Virus record (IMG/VR): IMGVR_UViG_3300037010_001838 | DNA from: a virus | Lineage: Duplodnaviria > Caudoviricetes | DNA length: 64,000 bases | Strand: one strand, 5' to 3' | Shown here: positions 1 through 10,294 of the stretch, piece after piece | Position numbering within the stretch: the stretch's first letter is position 1 | How the letters are laid out: each line of letters begins with the position of its first letter | The notes under the pieces: generated by a model | Seen by the model: only the letters and a program-made list of their open reading frames with translations | What the model was told of the DNA's origin: nothing | Database searches by the model: none | Position numbers and translations under genes: made by a program

Positions 1-379
1 ATGATGCTGGAAAATCATCTGGAGCATACATTAAGCCAAGTATAATAGGACTATCACACACAGCGTAGTCCACCTGTCCAACCAACCGACGAATTCGTGT
101 GTGTTGTTTTGCAAAAATGTAATCTTGTTCTGTTAACATATGATGTCTTCGTTCCCATGTCATGTCTTTTGCGACTTCAGGGACATAATCAACCAAATAA
201 CCTTCAATTTTCATCTTTGCTGAAAGAGACATTGCAGTTGCACTCTTCCCTGTACAAGGTCCCCCAAACAAATTTATAACAGTAAGTTTTTTATTCTCTT
301 TATACGATAACATATCATCTTCTTTAAATTAATCTTTAATATACAGTAAAAATTAGTTGACGTCAATAGTAAACTGTTG

Positions 380-387
380 TATAAATA
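380..387 (+). promoter_or_regulatory. TATAAATA (T4-late-promoter-like) upstream of nadM, followed by hairpin CATCTCTG-aaaga-CAGAGATG
   Basis: Exact octamer at 380-387; 8-bp stem at ~392-412; SD GAAAGGAG before ATG 438. Confidence 0.5.
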
Positions 388-437
388 TAAACATCTCTGA
401 AAGACAGAGATGCTCAACATATAGAAAGGAGTTTTCT

Positions 438-1460
438 ATGCAAAAACAGTACGATTATGCTGTGTTTATTGGACGGTTTCAACCATTCCACATTGGACAC
501 AAACAAGTATTTGAAACAGCTTTGTCAATTGCTACCAAACTAATTGTTATTATTGGTAGCGCAAATTCGTCTCGAACTCCAAAAAATCCTTGGACTGCTT
601 CAGAGCGTGCAGCAATGATTATAAGTCAGGATTTTGGTGGAAATTTAGACCGAATCAAAATTGCCAAAGTCAACGACCAATCAAGCGACCAAAAGTGGAC
701 TACTGCAGTACAAGAAGCTGTTAGTGAGGCTATGCTTGGAGAGTTTTGGTTGGACCGTCCAAAGATTGCAATCATCGGATATGATAAAGACGAAAGTTCG
801 TATTACCTTAAGATGTTCCCACAGTGGAGTCCAGTGGAACATGAATTAAACGAAGATGTTAATGCAACTGATCTTCGTGAACTTTACTTTGAGGGTAAAA
901 ATCTTAAATTCCTTCAAGCACTCGTTCCTGAGCCAGTTTATGCAAAACTTGAATTATTTAAGTCAACACCTGAATTTACTATACTTTCGGAAGACTACGA
1001 ATATATCAAAAAATATCACAAATCTTGGTTACCAGCTCCATATCCTCCGACGTTCGTTACCACAGATGCTGTCGTTGTTCAGTCAGGACACGTTTTATTG
1101 ATTAAACGTCGTTCATCTCCAGGAAAAGGTTTGTTGGCACTTCCGGGTGGGTTCATTAACCAAAACGAACGTTTAGAAGATGCAATGTTGAGAGAACTAC
1201 GTGAAGAAACAAAAATTAAAGTTCCAATACCTGTACTTCGGGGAAACATTAAAGGTATGAAAGTGTTTGATGACCCTAACCGAAGTTTGCGAGGTAGAAC
1301 TATTTCTCATGCTTTTTTCATAGAATTACCACCAGGCCCACTACCAAAGGTTAAGGGTGATGATGACGCTGAAAAAGCAATGTGGGTTCCCTTGGGATCA
1401 TTGCAGGGTGAAAACATGTTTGAAGACCATTGGTTTATCGTCGAACACTTTGTTGGATAA
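438..1460 (+). CDS. nadM: Bifunctional NMN adenylyltransferase / ADP-ribose pyrophosphatase (NadM-Nudix)
   Basis: GRFQPFHIGH (HxGH) N-domain; Nudix box GGFINQNERLEDAMLRELREET; GDDDAEKA and FEDH motifs; ATG 438 with SD preferred to track start 357. Confidence 0.92.
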   Translation: MQKQYDYAVFIGRFQPFHIGHKQVFETALSIATKLIVIIGSANSSRTPKNPWTASERAAMIISQDFGGNLDRIKIAKVNDQSSDQKWTTAVQEAVSEAMLGEFWLDRPKIAIIGYDKDESSYYLKMFPQWSPVEHELNEDVNATDLRELYFEGKNLKFLQALVPEPVYAKLELFKSTPEFTILSEDYEYIKKYHKSWLPAPYPPTFVTTDAVVVQSGHVLLIKRRSSPGKGLLALPGGFINQNERLEDAMLRELREETKIKVPIPVLRGNIKGMKVFDDPNRSLRGRTISHAFFIELPPGPLPKVKGDDDAEKAMWVPLGSLQGENMFEDHWFIVEHFVG

Positions 1461-1847
1461 ATCTCTGTACCATCACCTTCCTGAGGATACAAATACAATA
1501 CGGAAGTCATCAATTTTCGTTTCCCTTCTTCGTGAATAGTTCCATACCGGTATCCCGCTGGTGATACTACCAACTCACAATTAGAGTATTGAACTTGAGG
1601 GAGAACTTTCCCGCCGAAATTTAGTGTATCAAATAAGGTATCTCTAAGTTGATATACTTTCGGACACAGGATATTGCTAATTTCGGTATTACAACTGTCA
1701 TCTAAAAATTCTTTATATCCTTCAGTCACCGGCAAAAAAGCTAGCAGTGTTTTTACGTAATCCACAACAACATCATATTCACTATTGCTTAAAAAAGCTG
1801 TCTGTTAGTGCATACTTCCAAGTTATTTCGTGTATAACTGTTTCCAT
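1307..1847 (-). pseudogene. Disrupted 2OG-Fe(II) oxygenase-like gene
   Basis: ATG 1847 (METVIHEITWKYALTDSF) joins ORF 1307-1765 by a 1-nt shift in the A6 run at 1791-1796; HEE...TSVLYL...GTEIY motif, then runs antisense into nadM. Confidence 0.55.
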
Positions 1848-1849
1848 AA

Positions 1850-3367
1850 TTAAATCGTATGTGTTTCTGCAGTGTAGGTAGTAGTTGCATCCGTTAAGGT
1901 AGTAGTTGCAGCTGTTAAGGTAGTAGCTGCATCCGTTAAGGTAGTAGCTGCATCCGTTAAGGTAGTAGCTGCATCCGTTAAGGTAGTAGCTGCATATTGT
2001 AATACTGGTGTTGCATATACTTGTGAAAACGTAACACTAGATCCTGTTTTTGTTCCATCTATCGGTAGACTTGCACTGAATGAATTTGAACTAGCATGAG
2101 ACTGATTTGTAGAAACACTGTTATAGTAGCCGCACACACTAAATGTGGTTCCATTAACTACGATTGACGTACCGTACAAGACATGTGAACTACTATAGAC
2201 TCTTCTTTGCCACTGAATAACCCCACTTGTATTGTATTTAGCTATGATGATATCGTTAACACCTGCAGTCTGTGAAGTTTCACTACCAGTTATGTATACA
2301 TTTCCAGACCCATCAACGGCAATGCCCGAGCCACTATCATCACTCGTTCCACCTAATCTTCTTTGCCACTGAATAACCCCACTTGTATTGTATTTAGCTA
2401 TGATGATATCGTTACCACCTGCAGTCTGTGAAGTTCCATATCCAGTTATGTATACATTTCCAGACCCATCAACGGCAATGCCCGATCCTTGGTCATAGTT
2501 CGTTCCACCTAAACTTCTTTGCCACTGAATAACCCCACTTGTATTGTATTTAGCTATGAAGATACTGTTATTACCTGTAACCTGCGAAGAAGCTTCATAT
2601 CCAGTTATGTATACATTTCCAGACCCGTCAACGGCAATGCCCAGGCCATAATCAAAGTCCGTTCCACCTAATCTTCTTTGCCACTGAACAACCCCACTTG
2701 TATTGTATTTAGCTACGAACACATCGTAATTACCTGTAGTCTGTGTTGCTTCATATCCAGTTATGTATACATTTCCAGACCCATCAACGGCAATGCCCGA
2801 TCCTAGTTCATCACTCGTACCTAATCTTCTTTGCCACTGAATAACCCCACTTGTATTGTATTTAGCTATGAAGATATCGGTATTACCTGCAGTCTGTGAA
2901 GCTTCATATCCAGTTATGTATACATTTCCAGACCCATCAACGGCAATGCCCGATCCTCGGTCATCATTTGCTCCACCTAATCTTCTTTGCCACTGAATAA
3001 CCCCACTTGTATTGTATTTCACTATGAAGATATCGCTATAACCTGCAGTCTGTGTTGTTTCATATCCAGTTATGTATACATTTCCAGAACTATCAGCGGC
3101 AATAGCTTGTCCATAGTTGTCTTCCGTGTTAGCAGAGTTAATAGTTAGCATAGACATCCAATATGTGGCAGCAGCAGCTGCTGCCGTCCCATAGAAGTTC
3201 CAGAAGTTAATTTTTCCACTAGAAGGAACTGCACCATTAGTTCCAGTCGCACCCGATGGAACTAAGCCACCACCAGCGTAATACTCATTCAGTCCAATAG
3301 GATTAGCTCCCCCAAATTCTGTTTGAATATCACTAAGTGATATTGCACCTGATGTTTGTAGTGTCAT
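1850..3367 (-). CDS. Tail-fibre-associated adhesin-like protein with SBBP-type beta-propeller repeats
   Basis: N-term MTLQTSGAISLSDIQTEFGG typical of distal fibre adhesins; ~6 repeats IAVDGSGNVYITG...AKYNTSGVIQWQR; AATTLTD tail repeats. Confidence 0.75.
   Translation of the reverse strand: MTLQTSGAISLSDIQTEFGGANPIGLNEYYAGGGLVPSGATGTNGAVPSSGKINFWNFYGTAAAAAATYWMSMLTINSANTEDNYGQAIAADSSGNVYITGYETTQTAGYSDIFIVKYNTSGVIQWQRRLGGANDDRGSGIAVDGSGNVYITGYEASQTAGNTDIFIAKYNTSGVIQWQRRLGTSDELGSGIAVDGSGNVYITGYEATQTTGNYDVFVAKYNTSGVVQWQRRLGGTDFDYGLGIAVDGSGNVYITGYEASSQVTGNNSIFIAKYNTSGVIQWQRSLGGTNYDQGSGIAVDGSGNVYITGYGTSQTAGGNDIIIAKYNTSGVIQWQRRLGGTSDDSGSGIAVDGSGNVYITGSETSQTAGVNDIIIAKYNTSGVIQWQRRVYSSSHVLYGTSIVVNGTTFSVCGYYNSVSTNQSHASSNSFSASLPIDGTKTGSSVTFSQVYATPVLQYAATTLTDAATTLTDAATTLTDAATTLTAATTTLTDATTTYTAETHTI
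1877..1995. repeat. 21-bp tandem repeat x~5.7 (encodes AATTLTD)
   Basis: GGTAGTAGCTGCATCCGTTAA units at 1877, 1898, 1919, 1940, 1961, 1982. Confidence 0.95.
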
Positions 3368-3380
3368 AGCATCTCTCTTA

Positions 3381-3899
3381 TTAGAAGGAGTTGACCTGGA
3401 ATACCGAAGGTTCTATTGGCCATGTTACACTAATAGGGAAATCGGTTTGTGTTGGTATGTCACGTAAAGCTTGTCGGAATGTTGCCCACATTTGTTGGTC
3501 GGTAGATGACATAATAGCCCAACGGTCAGATGTAACATATACATCTGAAGCTGCTAATAATTTGTTACGCTTTGTACGAACCCGTAAAGCAATTCCTGTT
3601 TTGGCAGCAGTGATTTGGTCTGCTGTCATGGGAGTTGCAATCCAAGCCTCTTTCCATATTCCATCTACTGGATCAAGAGTAGGCAATCCCATCGTATAGA
3701 TCGTTGTCGGGTCTGGATTTACAACAGGATTTACCTGAACAACCACATAACCAGCAGGACATAATGTCCCATTGTTAATTGTTATGTTTTTTGGATCATC
3801 CAAAGGAAATTTTAAGTCCGTAAATAACGGTTCAAGTTGTCCTTCAAATATGGGATATTCAGTTGCTACACCATTTTCGACCTTTGCATAAATTGCCAT
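3381..3899 (-). CDS. Phage tail fibre assembly chaperone
   Basis: C-term RTKRNKLLAASD...WATFRQALRDIPTQTDFPISVTWP. Confidence 0.85.
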   Translation of the reverse strand: MAIYAKVENGVATEYPIFEGQLEPLFTDLKFPLDDPKNITINNGTLCPAGYVVVQVNPVVNPDPTTIYTMGLPTLDPVDGIWKEAWIATPMTADQITAAKTGIALRVRTKRNKLLAASDVYVTSDRWAIMSSTDQQMWATFRQALRDIPTQTDFPISVTWPIEPSVFQVNSF

Positions 3900-3911
3900 C
3901 GTTGTATCCTC

Positions 3912-6767
3912 CTAATTAACTTTTGCTTTTAACACTTCAATTTCAGCAGATAATTCTTTAACCGCTTCAATAAGAAGTGCAACCATACGCTCGTATTTAA
4001 CCGCTTTGTAACCATCATCCCGATCGACCACAATTTCTGGCATCACAGCCTCAACTTCCTGTGCGATTACGCCAACGTCGTGTTTACGAATAAAGTAACC
4101 GTCTTCACCTCCATGAGACTCGATGAAATCTTCTGTCCAATCATACGTAACACCGTTAATTAACTTGACCTTAGCAAGAGCATTTTCGATTGGTTTTATG
4201 TTTTCCTTTAAACGAGAATCCGAGGAATAATAAGCTGTCACATTATTAGTAGCACGAATCTCACCAGCCGTGCCTGAACCTGCTGTTCCAACACCCAAAC
4301 TATTCATTTGGTAGTTGTTGCCGGTGTTGAGCGCATTCGCTGTCGAGGCCGTTGTTGCAGTAGCAGCATTTCCAGTTGTGTTTTGGTTTAATATTGGGAA
4401 ATTTGTTAATGATGCAGCACTCCCCGTTGGTAACAAATAATCTGTTCCTGCTATGGCTATTGATGGTACGCCTGTGGTTGTTGTGTTTTTCAACAATCCG
4501 GTTGTTAACCCAGATAAAGCCGTCCCATTTATTTTTGTTACTGTTGCTGTTAAGACTCCAGTACTCCCAGAAGCTGTAACGTCACCTGAAATAGAAATTG
4601 TTTGGTCACCTGTATTAGTTCCACTTAAATTAGCGACTGCACTATTTGCTAACATTGTATTCGTAATTGCACCAGTACCGATAGACGTTGCATTTCCTAC
4701 TGATGTAACTACTCCTGTTAAATTGGCGTTAGTGGTGACAGTAGCTGCATTTCCTGTAATACTAATACCCCACGTCCCAGAAGCTCCAGTTCCTGTTAGT
4801 GTAGGTGCGTATGTTGAATTAATATCAGTAATTCCATAACCAGCAACCGTTGTTGGAATTGAAGTTAAAGAACTGAATGCAGGAGTGATTGTTACGTTGG
4901 CACCCGTTCCTGTAACAAGTCCTTTGGCGTTAACTGTTATTGGAGTAACTGCCGTTGCACTATTATTATACGTACCAGCTGTTACACCCGAACTAGTTAA
5001 TGTTAAAGCTGCTGTTACGTTTGTGCTTCCATCAAATGATACTGACCATGCTCCATCACCTGTTGCGGAAATTGTTCTTGCTGTTGCTAGTTTTGTTGCT
5101 GTTCCCGCATTTCCTGTTGTGTTTTGATTTAATGTTGGAATGTCTGCTGCAACTATTGCACGTAATGATGGAGTTCCCGTCGAACCGTTTGGTGTTGCAA
5201 GGAAATAATTAGCCGTTGTAGATCCCAGAGCAGATGTAACATCACCACTCGTTAATGTTACAGAACCAGTTCTCGTATTAAATGAATTAACAGTAGCTGG
5301 ATTACTTCCACTTGTAACACGACCGTATGAATCTGTCGAAACACTCGTGTATGTGCCAGAAGTTCCAACTTTAGTTAATGAAACTTGGGCTGCTGTTGAT
5401 GTAGAAGGTGTTGTTCCATCAACTGTTAGCATTAATCCGCCACCAGAATATACGTCAACACCAACCTCGTCTGTTGGGAGTTCAGCAATACCTGCACCCA
5501 ATTGAATATTAACTGTATTTCCTGTATTTGCTAAACCTACTCCCCAAGTATACAAAGCCCCACCAGTAAACTCTGAAAATGTAACTGTATCAGTTCCTAC
5601 AGTTACCACAGTTGCTGTTTCTGTCCAACCAGAACTTTGATATAATGTTCCTTCTTTTACAAAGACTGCAGAACCATCAAATTCACTGGCTAAATTCATA
5701 TCTAAAGCACGTGTCCATGCACCTGTTCCAGCGATATAAATTCCGTTTTCTTTTGGTAATGTTTGATCTTTAACGAGAACTCTGTCACCTGCAACGGTTG
5801 TAACACCATCTACCGCAATGAGTCCTCCTGTGGTAAGGTTTATATTTGTAGTCGATGCTACTCGAACAGCAGATTTCCACGTGAGACCGTTAGTTGCCGC
5901 ATCAACGTAATTTTTATTTGCAGCATCTGTTCCACCTGTAGGAGAAGGAAGTCCTGTTACCGTATGAACTCCATCAAAAACAAAATTACCTGTGATAGAA
6001 TCTCCAACTTTATTAGCAGGAGTATATCCAAGAGTTGTTGTTATATCAGAAGAAGTTACTGTTGTTGTTCCTGTTACTCGTCCAAACCCATCTGCGGTTA
6101 TCTTCTTGAAAGAACCAAGACCAGAATCTGTAATAGTTGCAAGGTTGAGTGTAACGGCTCCCGTAGATGCACTTGCTGTAATATTACCAGCCGTTCCTGT
6201 AACTGACGTTACACCTGTTGAGGAAGTTAAATATGTGTTTGTGTCAAGCACCCATGTATTTGCGGCAGTTTTCTTTAAAAGACCACTTGTTCCAGCAAGT
6301 CCAGCAATTGAAGTTAAGTCTCCGTCTAGTGGCTGTCCATCCGTTATTCCGTAACCCGATAATGTTGTGGGTTTGCTTGTTATTCCACTGAATGGAACAG
6401 CAGAAGCTGTGGTGGCGTTTCCTGTAATACTAATACCCCAAGTTCCTGAAGTCCCTGTTCCTGTCAATGGAGCATACGATGCAACAGAGTTATCAACATA
6501 TTGTTTAGTTGCTGCTTGGAGATTCGTTGTTGGGTCAGCATTCAACACAAGATAACCAGTCATTGTTCCGCCAGATTTCAATATGAATGATGTGGCGTCA
6601 GACGTGTTCAACAAATTCCACGTAGAACCATCATACACATGAAGTCCCACGCTAGTTTTGTAAAACAATTCTCCTACATTAGGAACAAGCGGAAAACTTG
6701 CTCCACTTTCAATCGATGCGTTTAGAATATGCGAACCTTCGTTGAGTGTAATACCATCAAATAACAT
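3912..6767 (-). CDS. Long tail fibre protein with C-terminal intramolecular chaperone (peptidase S74)
   Basis: Gly/Thr/Ala-rich fibre repeats, AATKQYVD motifs; SDSRLKENIKPIENAL...GVIAQEV...LIEAVKEL. Confidence 0.9.
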   Translation of the reverse strand: MLFDGITLNEGSHILNASIESGASFPLVPNVGELFYKTSVGLHVYDGSTWNLLNTSDATSFILKSGGTMTGYLVLNADPTTNLQAATKQYVDNSVASYAPLTGTGTSGTWGISITGNATTASAVPFSGITSKPTTLSGYGITDGQPLDGDLTSIAGLAGTSGLLKKTAANTWVLDTNTYLTSSTGVTSVTGTAGNITASASTGAVTLNLATITDSGLGSFKKITADGFGRVTGTTTVTSSDITTTLGYTPANKVGDSITGNFVFDGVHTVTGLPSPTGGTDAANKNYVDAATNGLTWKSAVRVASTTNINLTTGGLIAVDGVTTVAGDRVLVKDQTLPKENGIYIAGTGAWTRALDMNLASEFDGSAVFVKEGTLYQSSGWTETATVVTVGTDTVTFSEFTGGALYTWGVGLANTGNTVNIQLGAGIAELPTDEVGVDVYSGGGLMLTVDGTTPSTSTAAQVSLTKVGTSGTYTSVSTDSYGRVTSGSNPATVNSFNTRTGSVTLTSGDVTSALGSTTANYFLATPNGSTGTPSLRAIVAADIPTLNQNTTGNAGTATKLATARTISATGDGAWSVSFDGSTNVTAALTLTSSGVTAGTYNNSATAVTPITVNAKGLVTGTGANVTITPAFSSLTSIPTTVAGYGITDINSTYAPTLTGTGASGTWGISITGNAATVTTNANLTGVVTSVGNATSIGTGAITNTMLANSAVANLSGTNTGDQTISISGDVTASGSTGVLTATVTKINGTALSGLTTGLLKNTTTTGVPSIAIAGTDYLLPTGSAASLTNFPILNQNTTGNAATATTASTANALNTGNNYQMNSLGVGTAGSGTAGEIRATNNVTAYYSSDSRLKENIKPIENALAKVKLINGVTYDWTEDFIESHGGEDGYFIRKHDVGVIAQEVEAVMPEIVVDRDDGYKAVKYERMVALLIEAVKELSAEIEVLKAKVN

Positions 6768-6850
6768 TATATGCTCCCTAGTTACTATTATTTATATTTA
6801 TAACCAGAAGCATTTTTTCTGTTATACATAAATATTGAAAAGATGGAGAT

Positions 6851-7108
6851 ATGGTCTTGTTACTCAATAATGGAGCTACGATAAGAACTGGTGATATTAT
6901 TAAGGTTCAACCCCTTGATCCTTTCTTCGCGTTGTTGGAATCACCAATGTATATGGTAGGACAAATTATATCTGATAATACTATTGTTACTATCGACAAT
7001 AACGTAATTGATTTGACCACTTTTCGTGTAGTTTATGTAAATGGTCAAGAACTTGACAAATATACAATAGATGATATCCCTTCTGACGAAGAAGGTAATT
7101 GGTTATAA
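6851..7108 (+). CDS. Hypothetical protein
   Basis: 85-aa ORF with SD GGAG. Confidence 0.65.
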   Translation: MVLLLNNGATIRTGDIIKVQPLDPFFALLESPMYMVGQIISDNTIVTIDNNVIDLTTFRVVYVNGQELDKYTIDDIPSDEEGNWL

Positions 7109-7117
7109 GGTGACTAA

Positions 7118-7539
7118 ATAAAATTAAGAGAACTTTATGAAGGTGGAATGCCACCTAATGCAATCAAGCACAAACAAAGACTTTCATTGATGAATAAAGA
7201 AGAGTTCAATGATTATATCAAAAAAGCAGCGAAAGAGCGCAATAGAACACCTGTAGAACACCTGTAGAACACGCCAAACAACTTGAAAGGTTACATACTG
7301 TGTCTCCAGATAAGTATGTTAATAGACTAACAGAAGCAACATACGGAAAAGCAAAATACGAAAAAACAGATTCTGACTTTGATACTTTAATTGACTACAG
7401 GGGAGATGGAAAATTTGAAAGATTAGGTTCATTTTATTCCGAGAGTACCGCGGAACGAGAAGGAAGAGAAAATTGTCCCGATGGTAAAAAATATAAAGTT
7501 GTTAATACAAAAACGAAAGAAAGTAAGACATACACATGA
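7118..7539 (+). pseudogene. Disrupted hypothetical gene ([M]KLRELYE...)
   Basis: SD AAGGTG then ATA where ATG is expected (7118); 11-bp duplication CCTGTAGAACA (~7250-7271) shifts frame into ORF 7300-7539. Confidence 0.6.
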
Positions 7540-7541
7540 GG

Positions 7542-7566
7542 AAAAGGGGACTAAAGTCCCCTTTTT
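7542..7566. terminator. Bidirectional intrinsic terminator
   Basis: AAAAGGGGAC-TAAA-GTCCCCTTTTT between convergent genes. Confidence 0.8.
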
Positions 7567-8303
7567 TATATCACGTCTAATGAAGTTCCACAATTACTGC
7601 AGAATTTTGAACCGCTTTTATTAACTTTCCCACAAGTTTGACATTTTGGTTTCACCTTGACATTCACGGGAACAATAACAGGTTTGTTTTGTTCTGTTTC
7701 TCCCTTAATTTGGAGAACGATTACATGTTTTTCCGTTTCAAGGTTTAATGGGGCAACTGTTGTAAATTGTTGTGTTGACAACGACCCGGGAACAGTAATA
7801 CCAACATCATTTTGAGGAACATACGACATTGCGTCATTTACTGACTGTGCACTGTATGACTCTGAATCATGCACAGAACCAACGACAGTGCCACGGCAAA
7901 TTGCACTTTGTGCATACGCTGGTTGAGAATCGATACAACCATACCAATGTATTTGTGGTTTTTCAAACTGATACTCAATTCGAACTAACCCATCCTCTGT
8001 TCCAACACCACGATATTGTTCAATAGAAGAAGTTCGTTCAACAAACTTGAAACGATTACCTTTATCTAAATCTTTCAAATATCGTTCCAACTCAATATCT
8101 TTATTTGCATCAACGATAATTGAACTGCCATTCAATACGTCTTCGCCATCAATTGAAATTGAAACACTAGCACGAACTGTGTTCAAATTTTTAAGAAATA
8201 TTGAAAACTCTGAACCAAAAGGAACGTAAACTATATTTCCATGTTCACGAAGAACTTTACCACCAGCTTTAATTGTTGCTACGAATTTTTCTGAATACAT
8301 CAT
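7566..8303 (-). CDS. Conserved-type phage protein with C-terminal zinc ribbon
   Basis: CQTCG...FCSNCG; SD AAGGAG. Confidence 0.8.
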   Translation of the reverse strand: MMYSEKFVATIKAGGKVLREHGNIVYVPFGSEFSIFLKNLNTVRASVSISIDGEDVLNGSSIIVDANKDIELERYLKDLDKGNRFKFVERTSSIEQYRGVGTEDGLVRIEYQFEKPQIHWYGCIDSQPAYAQSAICRGTVVGSVHDSESYSAQSVNDAMSYVPQNDVGITVPGSLSTQQFTTVAPLNLETEKHVIVLQIKGETEQNKPVIVPVNVKVKPKCQTCGKVNKSGSKFCSNCGTSLDVI

Positions 8304-8321
8304 TCATTTCTCCTTTTATAC

Positions 8322-8392
8322 GGCATACAGACTAAATGCCTTTTGTTAAAGTCTGTTGGTTTGTCTTCATTGCAAAGACAACTTTATTTATA
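8322..8392 (-). promoter_or_regulatory. Structured 5' leader (hairpin plus pseudoknot-like pairing) after a TATAAATA motif
   Basis: TATAAATA on minus 8385-8392; stems 8361-67/8375-81, 8327-33/8350-56, 8322-26/8336-40. Confidence 0.5.
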
Positions 8393-8400
8393 TATTAAAT

Positions 8401-8694
8401 TTACTTCGTTGTCAACTTATTTTTAAGGTGAATGTTTTCAACGTTAAGATAAAAGTTTTCAAGAACCACTTGGGAAAGTGCTACGATATAAGACATCAAC
8501 TGTTCATTCTGGTTTAATACCTTACTATCAAAAATATCGACTATTAATGGAATTGTTTGTTCAATAACCAACCGTTTTGCTATTTCATAATCAACTGTTG
8601 GGTCTTCAAAATTTACTTCTGATGTTAATACTGCTGTGTCAATCAAATCATAAAGTGTTTCTAAAAAATCTTCACTTACCACATAATCTGTCAT
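8401..8694 (-). CDS. Hypothetical protein
   Basis: 97-aa ORF co-oriented with neighbours. Confidence 0.7.
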   Translation of the reverse strand: MTDYVVSEDFLETLYDLIDTAVLTSEVNFEDPTVDYEIAKRLVIEQTIPLIVDIFDSKVLNQNEQLMSYIVALSQVVLENFYLNVENIHLKNKLTTK

Positions 8695-8699
8695 TTGCT

Positions 8700-9171
8700 G
8701 TCTCGTATATTATTGTTTTAATATTTATTGTCCGAATCATAACGTTTTTTGAAAAATGGTTTAGTGTAATACCATCAACAACGTCATCAATCAAGATGTT
8801 AAGGGAACCACTGGGAGCAGTTGCAGTACACACACCGATAAATGATTTAGATTTTCCCTATATTTGAATAACTTCAAATGGTGACAAACCAAATTGTGTT
8901 TGCGTACAATCTGTCCAATTTCTTTTAATGTAAAAACTTTTGATGCAGTAATTTTCAATCCTCGTTCCAGGCGTTGCTTGATATCACTATCAAAGACTGA
9001 TTTGTCGTGTTCACCGTCAATCACAAAAGAAAAAATTTAAATATCTTTAATACCGTTTGGTTTTAGAAAAAATTTAACTGCCTGGATATTGATTAGACGA
9101 GGGTTATCCCAACTACCAATTACAGTTTCTTCTAAATCAAGAAAAACGGTTGGTGTTTGTGAGTTTATCAT
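8700..9171 (-). pseudogene. Disrupted HAD-like hydrolase
   Basis: VFLDLEETVI (motif I) and ILIDDVV (motif IV) recoverable across an internal TAA, a frameshift and an in-frame TAG (IQI*GK). Confidence 0.6.
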
Positions 9172-9207
9172 TTTCTTTCATAGTGGTTGAGATATAATTA
9201 CTATACC

Positions 9208-9393
9208 CTAATCAACAAAAGATTGACGTTTGTGTTCTAACAACAATCTAGTCCAAACGTCAATCTTTTGTTGTTCAGAAAAAGTTCTCCAATTTTTGAT
9301 TTCATCTATTGTACGAAAGCATCCAACACAAATACCTTTTTCATCTAGCTTACATACATTTGTGCAAGGAGAAGCAACTTCCATTATGTCCAC
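9208..9393 (-). CDS. DUF1289-like small Cys-rich protein
   Basis: SPCTNVCKLDEKGICVGCFRTIDEIKNW. Confidence 0.8.
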   Translation of the reverse strand: MDIMEVASPCTNVCKLDEKGICVGCFRTIDEIKNWRTFSEQQKIDVWTRLLLEHKRQSFVD

Positions 9394-10238
9394 ATGTCCG
9401 AACGAACTTTAATTAAACGAACCATCATATCTGTATCTTCTTCGTGTTGGGCAATTTCGATGCGACTAGAAACTTCATACATATCCTTTTCTTCTTTAGT
9501 TTGCACTCTATCCAAGATATCCCATAAATCTTCTGTGTTATCAAAACGATTTTTAAACGCTTCCGTTCTACCAGAAAGCTCATCTGGTGTCGGACGAACG
9601 GGACGAACATCTTTCCACCAAATATATAAATCCATAATTTCACATGCGGCTTTTGCATGATTCGTTGGCGTACCGAACCTTGAGTCTGTTTCTGGTAAGT
9701 AATCTCCATCACCATGTTTTAGAGTCATTGCCCATTCAAGTGATTTAATTCCTAATTCCCTGGAGCGCCATTGACCAAACCTATATGTTAAAGACCTATT
9801 CCACCAAGGAGTCTTGCTCTTGTATTCTTTTCGGTTTTCTTCATTCCATAAAGCCATGCTTGCTTGTTCAATTTCAACGAAATCAACAAGAAGTTCAAAC
9901 ATGCTGTGAAGTAACACCTCTTCGGTCTCGTGCCATTCACCTTTTTTAAGATGTGTTGAAACAAGGTGAGTTTTACTAATATAACGATTGCGAACGTAAA
10001 CACGAAAACCATCCCATACATCATACGGGAACATAAAAAAGTCTTGTGCTTTATTGAGGAATTCTTCCGTAAACCAATACACGAATTGGTTGTCGTCTTT
10101 AGCAGCTTTTTTCCATTCTTTCCATTGAGTAGAAGTTCCAGCACGTAATTTGGGAGTATTAGAAAAAGTTCTCCGGAACCAGTCAGCGAACTTTGAACAA
10201 GACCAATAGTAACGACGAGAACGATAAATTCGAAACAT
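9384..10238 (-). CDS. Hypothetical phage protein
   Basis: 284-aa ORF with SD AGGAG. Confidence 0.8.
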   Translation of the reverse strand: MFRIYRSRRYYWSCSKFADWFRRTFSNTPKLRAGTSTQWKEWKKAAKDDNQFVYWFTEEFLNKAQDFFMFPYDVWDGFRVYVRNRYISKTHLVSTHLKKGEWHETEEVLLHSMFELLVDFVEIEQASMALWNEENRKEYKSKTPWWNRSLTYRFGQWRSRELGIKSLEWAMTLKHGDGDYLPETDSRFGTPTNHAKAACEIMDLYIWWKDVRPVRPTPDELSGRTEAFKNRFDNTEDLWDILDRVQTKEEKDMYEVSSRIEIAQHEEDTDMMVRLIKVRSDMWT

Positions 10239-10294
10239 GTAAACTCCTTATAAGGTACAATCATATTACCATAAAGATATTAAACGTTCAACTG

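Noticed and set aside
1-300. NadV or another partner gene at the left edge
   Set aside because: No recognisable motif in the short partial frames; it cannot be supported from this window.
4376-6555. Plus-strand ORFs opposite the tail fibre
   Set aside because: Antisense shadows of a low-complexity Thr/Gly/Ala gene, without SD or motifs.
1850-6767. Diversity-generating retroelement acting on the tail genes
   Set aside because: No reverse transcriptase and no template/variable repeat pair with adenine-specific differences is evident in this window.
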